NCBI RefSeq assembly: GCF_037042905.1
Contig: NC_087251.1
Location: forward strand, 9,550,001-9,614,000
Direction of reading: 5' to 3'
DNA from: Lytechinus pictus
Lineage: Eukaryota
DNA length: 64,000 nucleotides
In this document: positions 36,999 to 50,860 of the stretch, in pieces
How the letters are laid out: each line of letters begins with the position of its first letter
Position numbering within the stretch: the stretch's first letter is position 1
Position numbers and translations under genes: made by a program
Notes under the pieces: model-generated
Database searches by the model: none
Told to the model about the DNA's origin: nothing
Seen by the model: the letters and a program-made list of their open reading frames with translations, nothing else

Positions 36999-39635
36999 AC
37001 ATAAATATATAAAGATTTCCGGAAACCAATTAAATATTTTATGTTTAGGCCCTATATTCACTTGCTTCTTTATGTATTATATTCTAACAAAGTTCATGTT
37101 TTCTTGCATTTTAACAAAATATTTTTAGGGAATGGTGATTATTTGGAGTCTCAATTCATTAAATATGTATAGTTTATATTTGAAAATATCTCGAGATGTT
37201 GAATGTGAAAAGAGACTGAAGATTTTTATCATTTATCTGTTCTTTTGTTATTCATTTAAACTAAAATGTTCATTAAATTTTGAAAATTTGGTACAGCTCA
37301 ATCGAAGTGATGGGGGTGTTGAAACCCATTACACTCTTATATATACGTACGTTATCAATAGTCACGCCTGCAGTTCTTAGTTTGCGTGCTCGCTGGAGTA
37401 AGTCGAGAAGCAAGGGTAATATTCAAATAAATCGAAGGTTAAACAAGTGGCGTCAACGCTCTAGAATGCATGCAGGGACTATGAAATGCGATGATTTCAA
37501 GTTGTACTTGGAAACAGAAAGAGCGGGATTATATTATGCAATGTCTTCCAGTATAACATTAAACAGCTTTTATGTGAAATTGATTTCACAGTAATCAAAC
37601 ATTCAATAATCTATCCTCTGATGGATGAATGGATTTCAGTGATTACAAACTAAAGGCTTTATGGTTAGGACAAAACTCACTTTTTTATAGGAATATTTTT
37701 CCATCTTCATAACTATTATTTTTAATGAACTATGAATATAATATTATACACTGTACAAAACACATACGACATTTATAGTCACTGACATGTAGAAACAATT
37801 TGCTTAAATAAATTAGCAATTAGAGGTTTGAAGCAAAATTCAGAAGCAAAGGATTGTAAATATCAATATTTTCCAAGGAAAAAAAATCACCGTATCTTCC
37901 ACTATAGTCTATATTGTGCTTTACATTTTTATATCGTTATATCTGTATGATGATATAAATTCATCTGAAGTGCCACATCCCGTAAATGTAATCTTTCAAT
38001 AATCTATCCCCTGAATGAATTTCACAAAAATATTGCATTCAACTTGTGTGCCTTTTATTTTTGCGAGCACTTAATAAATACAGCAATATTAATATTTTAT
38101 CATAATCGTGCTCGAATTGAGCAAAGATTCGTGTTCATTTTATCTAATTTACATCAATGGTAACAGCGTAAGAACAAACAAAAATGAATGTAACTGCATC
38201 TTGTCGATCATTTCCCACTCATTATATGGGTCTGAATTACAGTCTAAATTGGGTTTGTAAGCATATTTAACTTTAAGTGAGTGATGCGGTGAGCAGTAAG
38301 GAGCGACATCGTGGCGTCAGCGGCATGCCGTGTGTTACGAGTGGACTCCATTACTATAGGATATAGCGGTCAAGAAAAGCCCCCCTGGTGTGATACTCTC
38401 TTTCTCTCTTCTCCTTCCTTTCCACTCAACTTGCCATGTTCTTGCTAAAACACCCTCGATGATGTACTCATTCTGGAAGGACAGATGGATTTTTCTTTCT
38501 CTCTCTCTCTCTTTTTTTTTTTTGGGGGGGGGGGTTAATTGGTGCCACTTCACTGATGCTGGCGATGCCGTGCAGTAATTAAGTACGATAGCGAGTTATG
38601 GAATATTGTTTAATCAATTCTAACAAAGATTGTTTTGTGCTATTAATGAATTATTAATTACCATCAGCCAAAAGCCATCGTTTCTCTCAATGCGAAACAT
38701 CTTGCGGGATGTTTTCCAAGATCATTAGTCGATCGTGTATACACACGAACTATCCTTTTTATAAACCTATAGTATAGCAATGATAATATATTTTACAAAG
38801 CAGTTCAACACTGCTTGCCATAAAAACGATTTCTCTTTTATCTAATACTCATTAATCAATATATTTTTTTAATAAACGTGTACGGTCTTGCTCTATTGCT
38901 TTCTGAATTATTGAATTCAACATGTTTCTTAAAAGCTAGGATATCATATCACAATAAACTCACATATTGTAATGTATGCTTACTGGTTTTATAGTCCATA
39001 TTAGTTACAGTAGTGTCTTGTACACAATCATGTAGAAAAGGGGCCTGCCGGGGCAAAACTCTCCCTCTTATTAATTTATTATTAACGAAAAACATGCCTA
39101 TGTAATTATGGTAAGTGTATATTTGACGATCAAGCCGCCTCGTTCCTTCTATTTTGCTTACTTTTTTTTTCCTTCCCCCTTTTGAGTTTCTTCCCTTTTT
39201 ACCCTTTTGTTGATTCACTTTGATAATTGGAGTAGTCTCTATAATTATTGACTTCATTTCTTGTATATAATCTTCAGTCAGTTTGTACGTAGATGATTAC
39301 TAAAAGAAATGCTTTTTATCATGTTGATGGATCTTCTATAATGAGAAGTTAATGCGAAACTTGTAGCTTATTTATCAAAATTTCAACATGCGATGAACAA
39401 TATTAAGAAGTGTTGCATCATGATTCAGTTATGTGAATCTGTTAAGATATCTCTTGATTTTGTAAAGGTATCTTTTGATTTTCACTAATATTTGGTCACT
39501 TACAAGGGCCATCTATTCCCTGATTACGTATTTTAGTCAGTTTATAATTTATCGTGAATGGCTGTCGTTGATTATTCAATGAACCTATTAACATGGTTTT
39601 CTTCTCTCATTCTACCCACCTATGCTCTATTTGAG

Positions 39636-39852
39636 GGTTCCATGACATTTGCTTCGGCGACAATTGCTCCGATGATGGAAATTGTGCACGTTAAGTCAAA
39701 CATAAAACCTAACCTCCATAACTAAATAAATCCTAATTCTTTTCTTTATATTATTCTGATCCAAAAACTCTATTGCAATTCTAACTCTAAACATGTGCCC
39801 TCTGAGATATTAAGAGCGGAGTGAATGTCGGAGGACCAAATGTCGTGTCACA
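39636..39852. mobile_element. 217-bp MITE with 8-bp TSD (GG-start terminus; Merlin/MULE-like)
   Basis: TATTTGAG duplicated at 39628 and 39853. Imperfect ~31-bp inverted arms CATGACATTTGCTTCGGCGACAATTGCTCCG / CGGAGTGAATGTCGGAGGACCAAATGTCGTG; internal CCTAA-like repeats. Confidence 0.75.
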
Positions 39853-40775
39853 TATTTGAGAGAGCCGAGACTTAAAAAATGAAAATAAAAAACTATGTAT
39901 TATCATCAATCACGAGTTATAGGTCTCGTTTATACATTTATCTGCCTATAAATGTATACTACTTTTGTAGGAAGGTGTGAATCTTGAGAACTTTTACCGA
40001 ATAAACCCACTCTATAAATGTAATCCAGGGAGCCTCTGTAAATTTTTGGCAGATTTGTGGCAATGAATTCATCACACGGACAATGAGTCTCGTTCAGCCA
40101 AGAATGAATTTCGAAGAAAATTGCTTTGGAAAGCGCTGTGGAGCGCACGCAATATGCTGACAAAAATGTGCGTGTACACAAACCCCTGGGATTTTTCGCA
40201 TGATGGTTAAATAATAATATTATATACAAGTGAGTTCACTTTTTCAGATTTTGTTTAAGTCCACTTGGGGGAAAATATTCCTTGTTTTTTATGTAGAAAT
40301 CAATATTTATACGAAGTTATCAAGTTTGATCTTTTATGATAATGTCAATACGAAATTCAGAAAAAAAACATACATGGGTCAACCATATTTCAATATTGAA
40401 AGTACATGTATATTCTAATATGCATGCATTATCATCCCCATATTCCATAAAGCAATAATTATAATTAACTTGTGCAGTTCAAATCAAACGTGAATATTTG
40501 AGTTTGACAATAATAACATTCTAAGTGTACAATATTCACATTTCATTCCTCAGACAATATTTTTTTCTATAAATTAGATTGAATTTTAATTTTTCTTTTT
40601 TAGTAATTTCTATTATTGTGAAATTTGGGGAAAACGTGACATAATTACTTTAAACAAAATTAGCTCTGTTTATTTTGAAGGCGCATATGCTCATTTAGAA
40701 ATTGAAAACAAAATTTATGCAAGGGGCGCGTTACCCAATATAGGAAACTCTATTTTTTTTATTAATTTGCCCATA

Positions 40776-41059
40776 CACTGTAAAAAAAAACCTGATTTTA
40801 CAGGGAAAAAAAACAGAAGATTTTGCAAAAAGCAATAACAGAATCATTCTGTAAATTCATAAACGGGATTTTTCTGCAATTTAACAGAACAGGTCTGTTT
40901 AAAAAGGGGAAAAGGCTGTTTTATTCAAGGAAATTTGTAAGATTCCGTACACCAAATACCAATTTCCTGTAAGATTACGTAATCTGGTAAAATTACAGGT
41001 TTTCTCGAGACTCTGCTGCAGGAACTTCTTTTATTTTAAGGATAAATTTTCTAACAGTG
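40776..41059. mobile_element. 284-bp MITE with CACTG...CAGTG ends and TA flanks (animal EnSpm/CACTA-like)
   Basis: TA|CACTGTAAAAAA ... TTTTCTAACAGTG|TA; repeated TTACAG/CTGTAA internal motifs. Confidence 0.75.
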
Positions 41060-43474
41060 TATACTGCTTCCCATAAGGCCCAGACTCGCCTCAACGGACA
41101 CTTTCTTACCCCCCCCCCCCCAACCCTCTAATCCCTTACATCGAAGTGGTCTTCCTGTACGAAGATTATTTCATTTATTCTCATATATTTTGCTTGGGGT
41201 TTTAAATTCCGGTATTTGTTGTTAATGTGGAAAATAGCGAACTGATGTAATAATAATGATAGGCCTAATAGTTAAATTTGTTTAACGCTTTATATATACT
41301 TTGTGTTTCTATAAGCGCTTTACATTACACCGGTCATCGGATCGATGTAGGCGATTATTTTGGGGATTTGATTTTCATTACATTGATTGCTACGGATGAA
41401 ATAATTCTTTTAGAGTATTTGGTCAGGATTGGGCAAAAATTAATGAAAAATAAAAAATGAAACCTAAAACAGAGAACCAAACGAAATATGTTTTGGCAAA
41501 ATATTAGTCTGCAGTCATTAACTTGAATATTAGTAAAACAGTGGGAAAACTGACATAACTATGTCATGCGTGTGAGTGTGTGTATGTGTGCGGGAGATTA
41601 TCTTTAGTTGCCAATATTTTATCTATATTTCTCCGGCAATTTATGTCACGATTCATAAAACATTATAGCTGAATCAAAATGTAAAAGATTAATCCCCGGC
41701 CGAAGATATCATTAATTTTTTTCGATGAGTTTTGCCTTATTTCTTTGTAAATATCAGAAGTTCCATTGCCCCCATTTATCTGTCGTTTTACGCACTATTT
41801 CTCTTCCTGGTGCACTTAATAAATTAAACAGGTTTTGATGATTGTGAGAAGAGGCTAAACCGGCAATCAATGAAAGCTTTTAATGATTGGTGTAACATCA
41901 TACGATGTAAGATCCTTAAGTACTTCTAAGTGTGCTGTCAGGGCTGAAGGATGCTGTCATAACAACCCTCTTTTTTCTCGCAATCTCCATCTTTATCCAA
42001 ACCACCATCGGGTTGATTCTAGAAAATTAAATGTCAATATTGTCTTTCTTCTTCTCTCATGGATTGCCTTACATAGAAGTAGTGTGTGCGTGACAGATAG
42101 TGTTTCGTTATTTGACACGCACAAGATAAAATCCACTGACAAAATGGATTTGGAGGCATCACATTAAGATAAATGTGATGATCAGAATTTGATTCCAATG
42201 GCAGTTCTCATCAAGTAATCGAGGTAAAGGGGGATGAACGAATATCATCCATCACATAGAAATCAAGAAAGCTGGCCAGTCAACTTTATTTAAAGCTAAG
42301 AGTATCGATTATCACAATAACATGAAATTTGGTAAGTTCCAACAGACATTGCAATTGCAAGTTCCCGAGATCTTTAATTCCTTTTACGAAAATTGCTCAC
42401 TTGCTTTGTGGCGTCGTTATCATATTCCCACAAGCTTCCTTACAAAACATATTCAGTTTATTTTCCATCTTATAAGTCAATGACACTGTTCTATCTCACG
42501 TGCAAGCACCCCTGCAAGCATGTTGGCTACATTGCTCTATATGCCCCATCTCGATTGTATCTAACTACCGAGCATCAATATTTCTTCACACTTGGCAGAT
42601 GGTACGAGTTGAACTGTCATTCCGAAATGAAAGCGGTATCATAAATTCTAAGTAACTGCCTGAAGCCATGCCATAATACGCCATGAGAACTGATATTTCT
42701 TTTGTTGAGAAGCATGTGCCTCTGTGCTTTTACACGCATCACACCTCGGGGGCCCACCGTCTTTTAAATGAATTAAGGGCCTTAGATTGACTTTGTCCAC
42801 GTGTGATGTGATATAAGCAAGTCATAATTAGGATGTGATGGGTAGACGGTATCTAGTGCTCACTTTTTAATTAATTGACGACACGCCACTTTGATATTTC
42901 AGATTCCCTATTTGTATAACGTATCAATCAAGGATAAATTGATTGAAGTAAACTTTGTTTTTAACACAAAGATTGCCAAAGTAAACATTTGCGTCTATTC
43001 AACAAGTGCAAGCTATTTTATACAAATGCATATTAATATTCTTTTCTTATATTTTCTTATATTTTTGATAGGCCCTATATATTTGTATAATATTTCTGAG
43101 ACTATTCTTTAATACCAAATGCGTTGTAACTTCATAATGTTATCATGATCACAATACAGGATACGCCAACATTACTGTACACACACATTATGACATTACA
43201 CGGCAATGTTACGTTCTGATTTCTTTTTACAAGGCTTAGCTCCACGTACATGAATGTGATTTTGTTTAGGTTTTCTTGTAGATATAGTGATGTTCTACTT
43301 TTGCTTGCTTAAGTCATGTAGGCATAACTCCTAATCAAGTTTGCCTATACAGTATAGGAATGATATTGGTTGCAAAATGTACATCAAAACCATCTATAAT
43401 ATTACACATGTTAGAGGAAAGACTTCTGAAACGACATAGTGAATGTTTGCAGAAGTATTATTTCTTGTACCATC

Positions 43475-43762
43475 TAGTAACATACACAGGGGGTGGTTAC
43501 AGGGGTTCAACCCCCTTAAATATTTTTATACCCACCCTCCCCCGTAAGAATTCAACCCCCCTTACAATTGTTTTTGAAGATTTTTTTTTTTTGCTTGTCA
43601 ATTTTTTTTTGTAGCTACAAAATGGCGAAAAATTGGTGGTGAACCCCCTTTTTTTTGCTTGTCAATTATTTGGAGTAGGAAACGACTCAAAATTTGGGGT
43701 TGTCAACCTTTCATTCAGCTTAACCCCCCCCCCCCCCTTCAAAAATCCTGCGTACGCTACTG
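43475..43762. mobile_element. hAT-like G/C-run MITE with a decayed left end
   Basis: Right TIR CCTGCGTACGCTACTG; left TAGTAACATACACAGG is its transition-decayed inverse. Internal TTTTTGCTTGTCAA x2 is shared (inverted) with 55763-56137. TSD is imperfect. Confidence 0.7.
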
Positions 43763-43789
43763 GTATAATTTCTTGTTATACTATTATTG

Positions 43790-43961
43790 CATTTTAAACA
43801 TAATATATAATTTTTTGTAATTTTAATGGTCACTGCATGTTATGTATTTATTTATTTCTCTGTTATGTGTTTTTTTTTAGATGTTAACTCACATTGTTAG
43901 TCTTCGGACTTTTTGATGAGTATTGTTTAATAAAACCAAATTGAATTTGAATTTGAATTTG
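43790..43961 (+). mobile_element. 3' end of a CR1/L2-type LINE
   Basis: T-rich UTR, stem-loop CTCA..AGTC-TTCG-GACT..TGAG (43888-43920), AATAAA, then a (TTTGAA)n tail at 43941-43961. The 5' boundary is approximate. Confidence 0.6.
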
Positions 43962-46900
43962 GTACCATCCATTATCTAAGATTGCAGAAAGAGTAAAGTC
44001 TATCGTAATGCATTTTCTTGCATATTGCAATGATCAAAAACTTCAACGATCCAGCAAATCTTGCAGATAACAATCAAAAGATTGGACAGATTTAAAAATC
44101 ATAATTGGCTTTACTTTCTATCGAGCTTTGCAGGATTATTAGTACATCTACATTCTCGGAAAGGAATAAGTCCTCAAGAAATTCAGTTGTCGTCCCACTA
44201 ATGAGGTGAGGTAACGTGCCACTTCTGGTGGACAACAATAATATACAAATCATAAACATCTTACTCCAGGGAAATGATTGCTTTCAGGCTTCCGGCTCTG
44301 TCTTGTATCAAGCAAAAGGAAACCCAACTCTGCTTTGAAATCAAAGACAGGAAATATCTCACTGCCACTGAGAAATCCTTTCAAAGCGTTGGGAGAATTA
44401 GAGCAAAATTATTTCCGAAAGGTAAAATATAGGAATACAGTCGGAGATTGCTTTCTTATGTTACAACTCAATATTCTCATTCAGTCGCATTTCCCAGTAA
44501 ACAAACAAAAAAAGGTTACTTTGCTTGACAGCCGAGGATAAGACGTGATCTTTATGGCTTCATACCTCTCTGGTTTTCTCCTTCACCTTGATGATACTGA
44601 CCCATAATACAGAATACGTGTCTTCCATGGGGAGTCATATCTTTTACAATTTTGTTCTTTATTCGGCAAGAGTAGTTTCCTTGTGATTCACAAAGGACGA
44701 AGCAAGTTTATAGATGAAGGTCCATTGTCATGATTATGTTGTTAAATGATGGTAGAGATTGTCTTGGAACTGGCATGTCTGAAAATATGAGATTCTTGAT
44801 GATTATTTGACTTTCGGGAATCTGCACTTAATAAATCTACTTTGTGAATTATGTATCCTGTTAATGATATTTGTTTTTGTTTGAAGGCAACTGTAATGTT
44901 TTATAAATATTTGTTGATGAAGATTTAGGGGTGAATTAGGAAAGAAATCCTCGGTGAATTACTTAAAAATTGCATCTCTTAAATTATTTCAAATAGACCA
45001 CTTCATGGATTACACATTTCGTGATGCATAGATATGAATATACATATTAAAATAATAATAAATCAGTACATTGGAGGAACACAATATTAACACTAAGGTT
45101 GGCTTTTTATGATGAACTCCAAATAATGGGAAAATTTGAATCTTCATTGATTCAGCCCTTTTTCACTCCGCACATTTTGGCAATTATTTAATTGACTTAA
45201 ATTGTCTCTGTATACCAGCAAGTCAATTCATTCGATAAATGATGATATCAAAGTGTATTATTAGCGACTCCCTACATGACCTTGTGAGTTCATTATGGCA
45301 AGAGAGGTCTACGAGTCAACGCTGAATAAAGGAAAGTGCATGCCTTTTTATAGAACACATATAGGATAATGTCATTATACCACATTACACCAATTGGCGC
45401 AATGTCTGGCGATTCAATGTACTATGTGCAAGGTACAATTTGTTAAAATGAGGATCTGAGATGTGATAATTCTTGTTTTTTCAATGGTGTTTTTTTTTTC
45501 TTCCTCTTTTTTTAATCTTTGCTCAAAAGTGGTCAGCATCTCCTCTAAATTGTTTTTAGAAAGACTTTTTATTTGTTATAATTATAATACATCTCATTGC
45601 AATGCGGAGACTGCTTGTTGACTTCAGAAATTAGATTCATTATTACCGTAACGAATTGACAGTTAAAAAGTTAAGATTGGTATAATCACCCAAGAAATGT
45701 ATATCAAAGGTTGATTTTTTTTCCCAGTATAACTTCGGGCCCCGATAAGTTGTTTTATGTATTCAATATTGATTTGAGTTGACCACAGATTTCACACAAG
45801 GCCTCCTGGTCTCACTTGAACAAAATCATATTACTCCATAGTCCAAAACCATCCTGTATACTTTAACACATCCCCATACCGTTCAACGTAAATGCTCATA
45901 GCCACATAGCCATGCACACACACTCACACACCATGCAGTCACATCTTCAAATACTGTTGCTAGACGATTGTTACCGTACTCGCCCACACTCACACACACT
46001 TTTTCTTAATTCCATTCGCACAAACACATCCACACACACACACGACTCACCCAAACTCATACCCACACCGGAAATTTTTGAGGGGTGGGTTTTTTTAATA
46101 GGAAATGTAGTTAATTTGCTTTCACACAATCAAAATCGTCCAAAATTACAGTGATGTTCCTTTTTGTTTTGATAATAAAAGGTTTTTTGTGAATGCCCAT
46201 TTCAGAAATCAGGATTTTCATAAGGGGTTTTTCAGTGTATAAAAGTCTGTTTGTAATAAACATATAGACGAAATTGTAGGTAGATATTTATGGTAATATA
46301 AGGATAAAATTTACTTTTTTTTACATTGTTCCGAATTGTTCAACGTTTAGGCCTGACAATGTGCTTTCATAATAGTGGATAAAATATTCAATGAGAACAT
46401 CCTTGATAAGAAAATCAGTACAAGTACGGTATTTCATCAATGTATATATGTAAATTTTCTTCACCTGTACCACAGAGTCACCGAATATAATATATAATAA
46501 TAATAATAATAATAGCCTGTATAAACTCCTGATCGATTATTCTAAAAGACGGAAATGAGATTTGAGATTCGAGATTCCTGGAAGACAGCAGCGTGACCTT
46601 GTTGGGGGAAGTACCACCCATGAGCTTTCTAATGAGCTCGCACATGATCACATCGATATGATATCCCTTTCAACATGGCTTAGTAACAATTAAAACCCAC
46701 GGGGAATAGGGCGACGGGCTTCTTACTACCCGCAGAGCATCTCTTCATCAACTCCCCAAACACAAACACATTAACTACTGCACCATTCAGTACTGCCACC
46801 ATTTTAGACCTCTTGGCGCCTGTTCCCGGAGTAACGGGATCAGCCGCTAATGCAAAGCCGTCAATATAATGCACGGGATTTGAAGTTCTTGAGAAGTGCA

Positions 46901-47213
46901 GTGGTGATTACATGGAACAATGCTAGACCTTTTAACAGACTGATGCGCATCTCCCATGTGACTTTCGTAATATTTAGGTGATTATTGCTGCTAAAGTGAG
47001 GCATTTGATTTAAATGGCGTGCGATGCATAATTTTGCACGATGGAATTTAATAATAGGTTAATATCTACCGCTGATGATGGAAGGTGGCCAATCAAACAA
47101 AGCACCGTACAGGCATAATATGGTTGGAAGTGAAAAAAATACCACTTAGATGATTGTAAAATGTTAAATAACCGATGATTCTATTGATTGAGCTTACCGC
47201 AGTAAGCTATTAT

Positions 47214-47783
47214 CCGGGGGGGGGGTACTTACATTGACAAGTGGATACCATGCGCGACCAAAAAAACACGTAAAAATTATGTCTTTTTCAAGATAGGGCA
47301 CGTTACGTACGTAACGTAATAAGGGTGTCAAAAACACAAAAATAATGAAAAAAGCGTATTTATTTTTACTAGGAAAGCTACATGTTTAGGGTCAAGTTTG
47401 CGAGGGTGTAAAAAATTAAGACTAAAATGTTTTATAAAGGATGTATTTTTTGCCCCAAGAGTCAACACTACGTGTTTAGAGTACGATTTTGCGCGAGATG
47501 TGGGAGGTGGGGCTGTACTCAACCCAATCAGGTAAAGGTAAAACTGCGACGACAGTGACAAAATATAAAAATATCGTTGTACTTGTTTAGGGGGTCAATT
47601 CAGGGAATACTTGCCAAGAGTATCGTTTAGTTTCCAATATTTGTTAAGGGTATGTCTTACACGCCAATACTTGTTAAGGGGTGCATTTTCAGAAAATGGA
47701 AAATACGTGTTTAGGGTTCTTTTCGAGACCCCATGGTCGCGCATGGTATCCACTCGTCAATGGAAGTGCCCCCCCCCCCCCGG
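47214..47783. mobile_element. 570-bp non-autonomous DNA transposon with CCG(G)n termini and 7-bp TSD
   Basis: CTATTAT duplicated at 47207 and 47784. TIRs of about 47 bp: CCGGGG..TACTTACATTGACAAGTGGATACCATGCGCGACCA / TGGTCGCGCATGGTATCCACTCGTCAATGGAAGTGCCCC..CGG. Internal TGTTTAGGG / TTGTTAAGGG repeats. Confidence 0.9.
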
Positions 47784-47935
47784 CTATTATAGAGGAAAAC
47801 GAGGAAATCAAGAAACAGATTTAGGGGTAATTTGAACAACTGTGTAAAACAAAAAAAAATAGAACATCTTTATTTTTGAATACTTATTTTTTGTTAATTG
47901 ACGATGTCGCTAGGTATAGGCATAACGTTAGATAT

Positions 47936-48198
47936 GATAATAATAATGATAGACTTTACAGTATATAGTGCAATCTATCTAGAAAATATTCCGAGGCGCA
48001 TTATGTATTATTATCATTACCCCAGTTTTAGCTCGTGCTGCCTTCCAGCGCTCAGCGCATTCAAGGAATTAATCTTGCTGGGTACCCATTCACCTCACCT
48101 GCAGCACAATGTTAGTAAATTTCTTGCTGAAGGAAAACACGCCTTGGCTGGGATTCGAACCCGGGTCCCTCTGATTGAAAGACTAGATTCGTAACCAC
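47936..48198 (-). mobile_element. Second tRNA-derived SINE, related head and core but a different tail
   Basis: B box GGTTCGAATCC at 48161-48151. Shares TTCCTTCAGCAAGAAA and AATGGGTACC with the 36.7-kb copy; ATT-like tail; the extreme 5' end is missing. Confidence 0.85.
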
Positions 48199-48214
48199 AA
48201 TTATTGTTTAGTAA

Positions 48215-48734
48215 GGTACCCGCATTCTGCTCCTGGTTTTAAAAAATACTTAGAATGTCCAGTTTTCAGGTTGGAATTATTCGATTGGTGAGATATGTAT
48301 ACGTATATGAGACACTAAATTCCGTCCTTAACAGGTTACTTTTCGGGTCAGTATATAAAAACATATTTAATGTCTTATTACATGAAAATGTCAAAAGTTT
48401 GAGCTCTCTATTCGCGCTTGCAACATCTCACAAAGATGCCCTTTTAACAGAATAGGCCAAAAGCGAGTTTTACAAACTCTGATTTGATTTTTTTTCCAAA
48501 CCGCTCGCTCCCTATATACGCTCGCTCGTGGATGAGCCTTATAACATAACTTTTCAATTAGAAATCACTTTAAAATGGCTTTGCTAAACTTAATTTCTAC
48601 AAAACACACATCTACTTCACGCAGATGATAATCTCATCGTGAAAAAAAAAACGTTTGCACTAAAATGCCCATTTTGACATATATGTGCCCTTTTTTGGCT
48701 TTGCCCCAAACGAAAATACGTTCCGCCGCCCCTG
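48215..48734. mobile_element. Remnant (right end) of a hAT-like element related to the 51-52 kb repeat unit
   Basis: CTTAGAATGTCCAGTTTTCAGGTTGGAAT and TTCGCGCTTGCA match the 51.3-52.2 kb units; ends CGTTCCGCCGCCCCTG. Confidence 0.55.
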
Positions 48735-50536
48735 AATGGAAAATAAACAGATCAGTCTAAATAGCTTGCACATGTATTGAGAGGGAGCTACCACCCACCG
48801 AAACGCAATGAATGAGGAGTAAATTGGACCCTCGTCTGAAAGCAGCGCCATTTAAGTAACAGTAATGTTCAATGACAAGGTACAACATTTAAAAAAAATC
48901 TTTAAATTCACTGTGGGTTGGATCCGCACGAGCCTTCAGTCATTCGTGTACAATAACAAAATAGATATCATACAGACTGGAACGGGGATGCATGCTGTGA
49001 GCACTAACTGTCAGGAATTAGAAGACGTGGAGCCAAGCCCTTTGGCCCTCCATCACCGACAACTGACAAAGATCTACCCTTTTCTTTTCCTTCTATCTTC
49101 CCTGCGTCAAATGACATGAGCGTTTCCATGGCAACCACATCTTATTGAAAATAGCTCCGGTAGAAAGTGCTGGCTCCTTACTCGCGCTGATTAAATTTAA
49201 CACCATATTATACTGATTAAAATGTCCCCTGGACCTCTCCAGTTTCATTCGATTACATCCAGTTCGGAAGAAGAAGGAATAGAAAAGAAGGTGAATTCGT
49301 TGCAGGAAATGAGAACCTCCCCCCTCAAGCTCCGAGGTTTGGCATTATTAGACGGGTCAATATCATTAACTTTGCTGCTTATATGAAATGATTATAATTA
49401 TCAACTAAAGAGACACTTTGAATTGGATGGAATGGGTGTGGTTTGCATAAAAGGTTTTGTACCATTGAAATTTAAAAGGAAATGAAACTCGGTTCTGTTT
49501 AATGGAAAACTGTTGTGTTTTTCTGAGACTAATATCTTTTTATATTTTCCCCTTCGGGCTGACTCGGCCGAGCAATTTTGTTTTTGCCTAACTTTCGTCG
49601 AGATAATGAAAAAGAGATACTTTAATCATCCGAACGCATTCAAAATTAGCTTGACTGGTCTTATCGTAATTCTTTACTAGCTTAATGATTCATTTACTCA
49701 TGAACGTCTACAACGGAAATAAACTTCTTGATACTACATTGATACAGATAAATTATAGGAGAATAACGTCAACGCAACTTGGAGATTGTGTCAACCATTT
49801 GAGTCTTAATTGAAACTTGAACCGGGTTAGGAGCTGAACGGGTCCGTGCTTGTATCGAGTCATTTGTCACGCATAGGAACTTGCTTTATCTACCCCAACC
49901 CCCTGCAGCACTTGATGTAACATCAAACCATGGTAGAACATTACGACAGACTGACCTGGGTATTGCATTGAAACTGCCCTGGATATGTCGATTAAAGCTG
50001 ACCTGGGGGGTTAAACTTGACCTGATTATATTGCTTGACGGCGTATTTTGAGGCAGGTGATTAGAGAGTAGCACGTTTATGTTGGCGTTTACAGGAGGAA
50101 GGTCATGCCTCGCTAATGGAGTTTTCTTTGTCCGCATAATGCAATTGCATTTTGATTTTCAGGTGTCTGCCATGTGTTAGCCTTATTTTCACAATGACAT
50201 TGTGAAAGAGGATTATTTCTGATACAATGCTAACAAGGCCATGCAGGTATTCATAGTATGCTTCACAGAAATTAGACTTGTCAATTAAAACGTCAATTTT
50301 ATTTTTATACTGGTGTATCAAAAGAAACAATAAATACCGGAAACAAGAGCACAGAATATTACGGATAACAATACGGAAATTATAAAACGCCGTTCAAGAA
50401 TTTACAACCATGACTACGCCATTAAATGAGTATTTTTATTCCCAAAAATTTTCATTGACTGAGCCATGACATGACAGTTGTCACAAGTCTTCTAAAATCT
50501 GGGGTAGATGTAGACATAGCGATGAGATTTCTATAA

Positions 50537-50636
50537 CCAGATATTCGCCCAATATATTGCAGAATGCTAAGGATATTTTTTAATATCCAGATATTCGCCC
50601 AATATATTGCAGAATGCTAAGGATATTTTTTAATAT
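50537..50636. repeat. Perfect 50-bp tandem duplication
   Basis: CCAGATATTCGCCCAATATATTGCAGAATGCTAAGGATATTTTTTAATAT x2. Confidence 0.95.
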
Positions 50637-50860
50637 AATCTACCGTTTGATGTAATCTTATTCTGTGAAGTATGATTAATACCATCTTATCTTTCGTTTT
50701 TATTCGTTTTATGAAAGAACGATAGTATATATAATAATTTAAAAAAAACATGAGCGTATGACCCATTCTCGCTTTCAAACCCGAACAATGCAAGAATGAA
50801 TAAGAGTACATAATAAAGCATCTGGCGTAGCTAATTTATCCGTTGTGTTGGCATAGTGAC

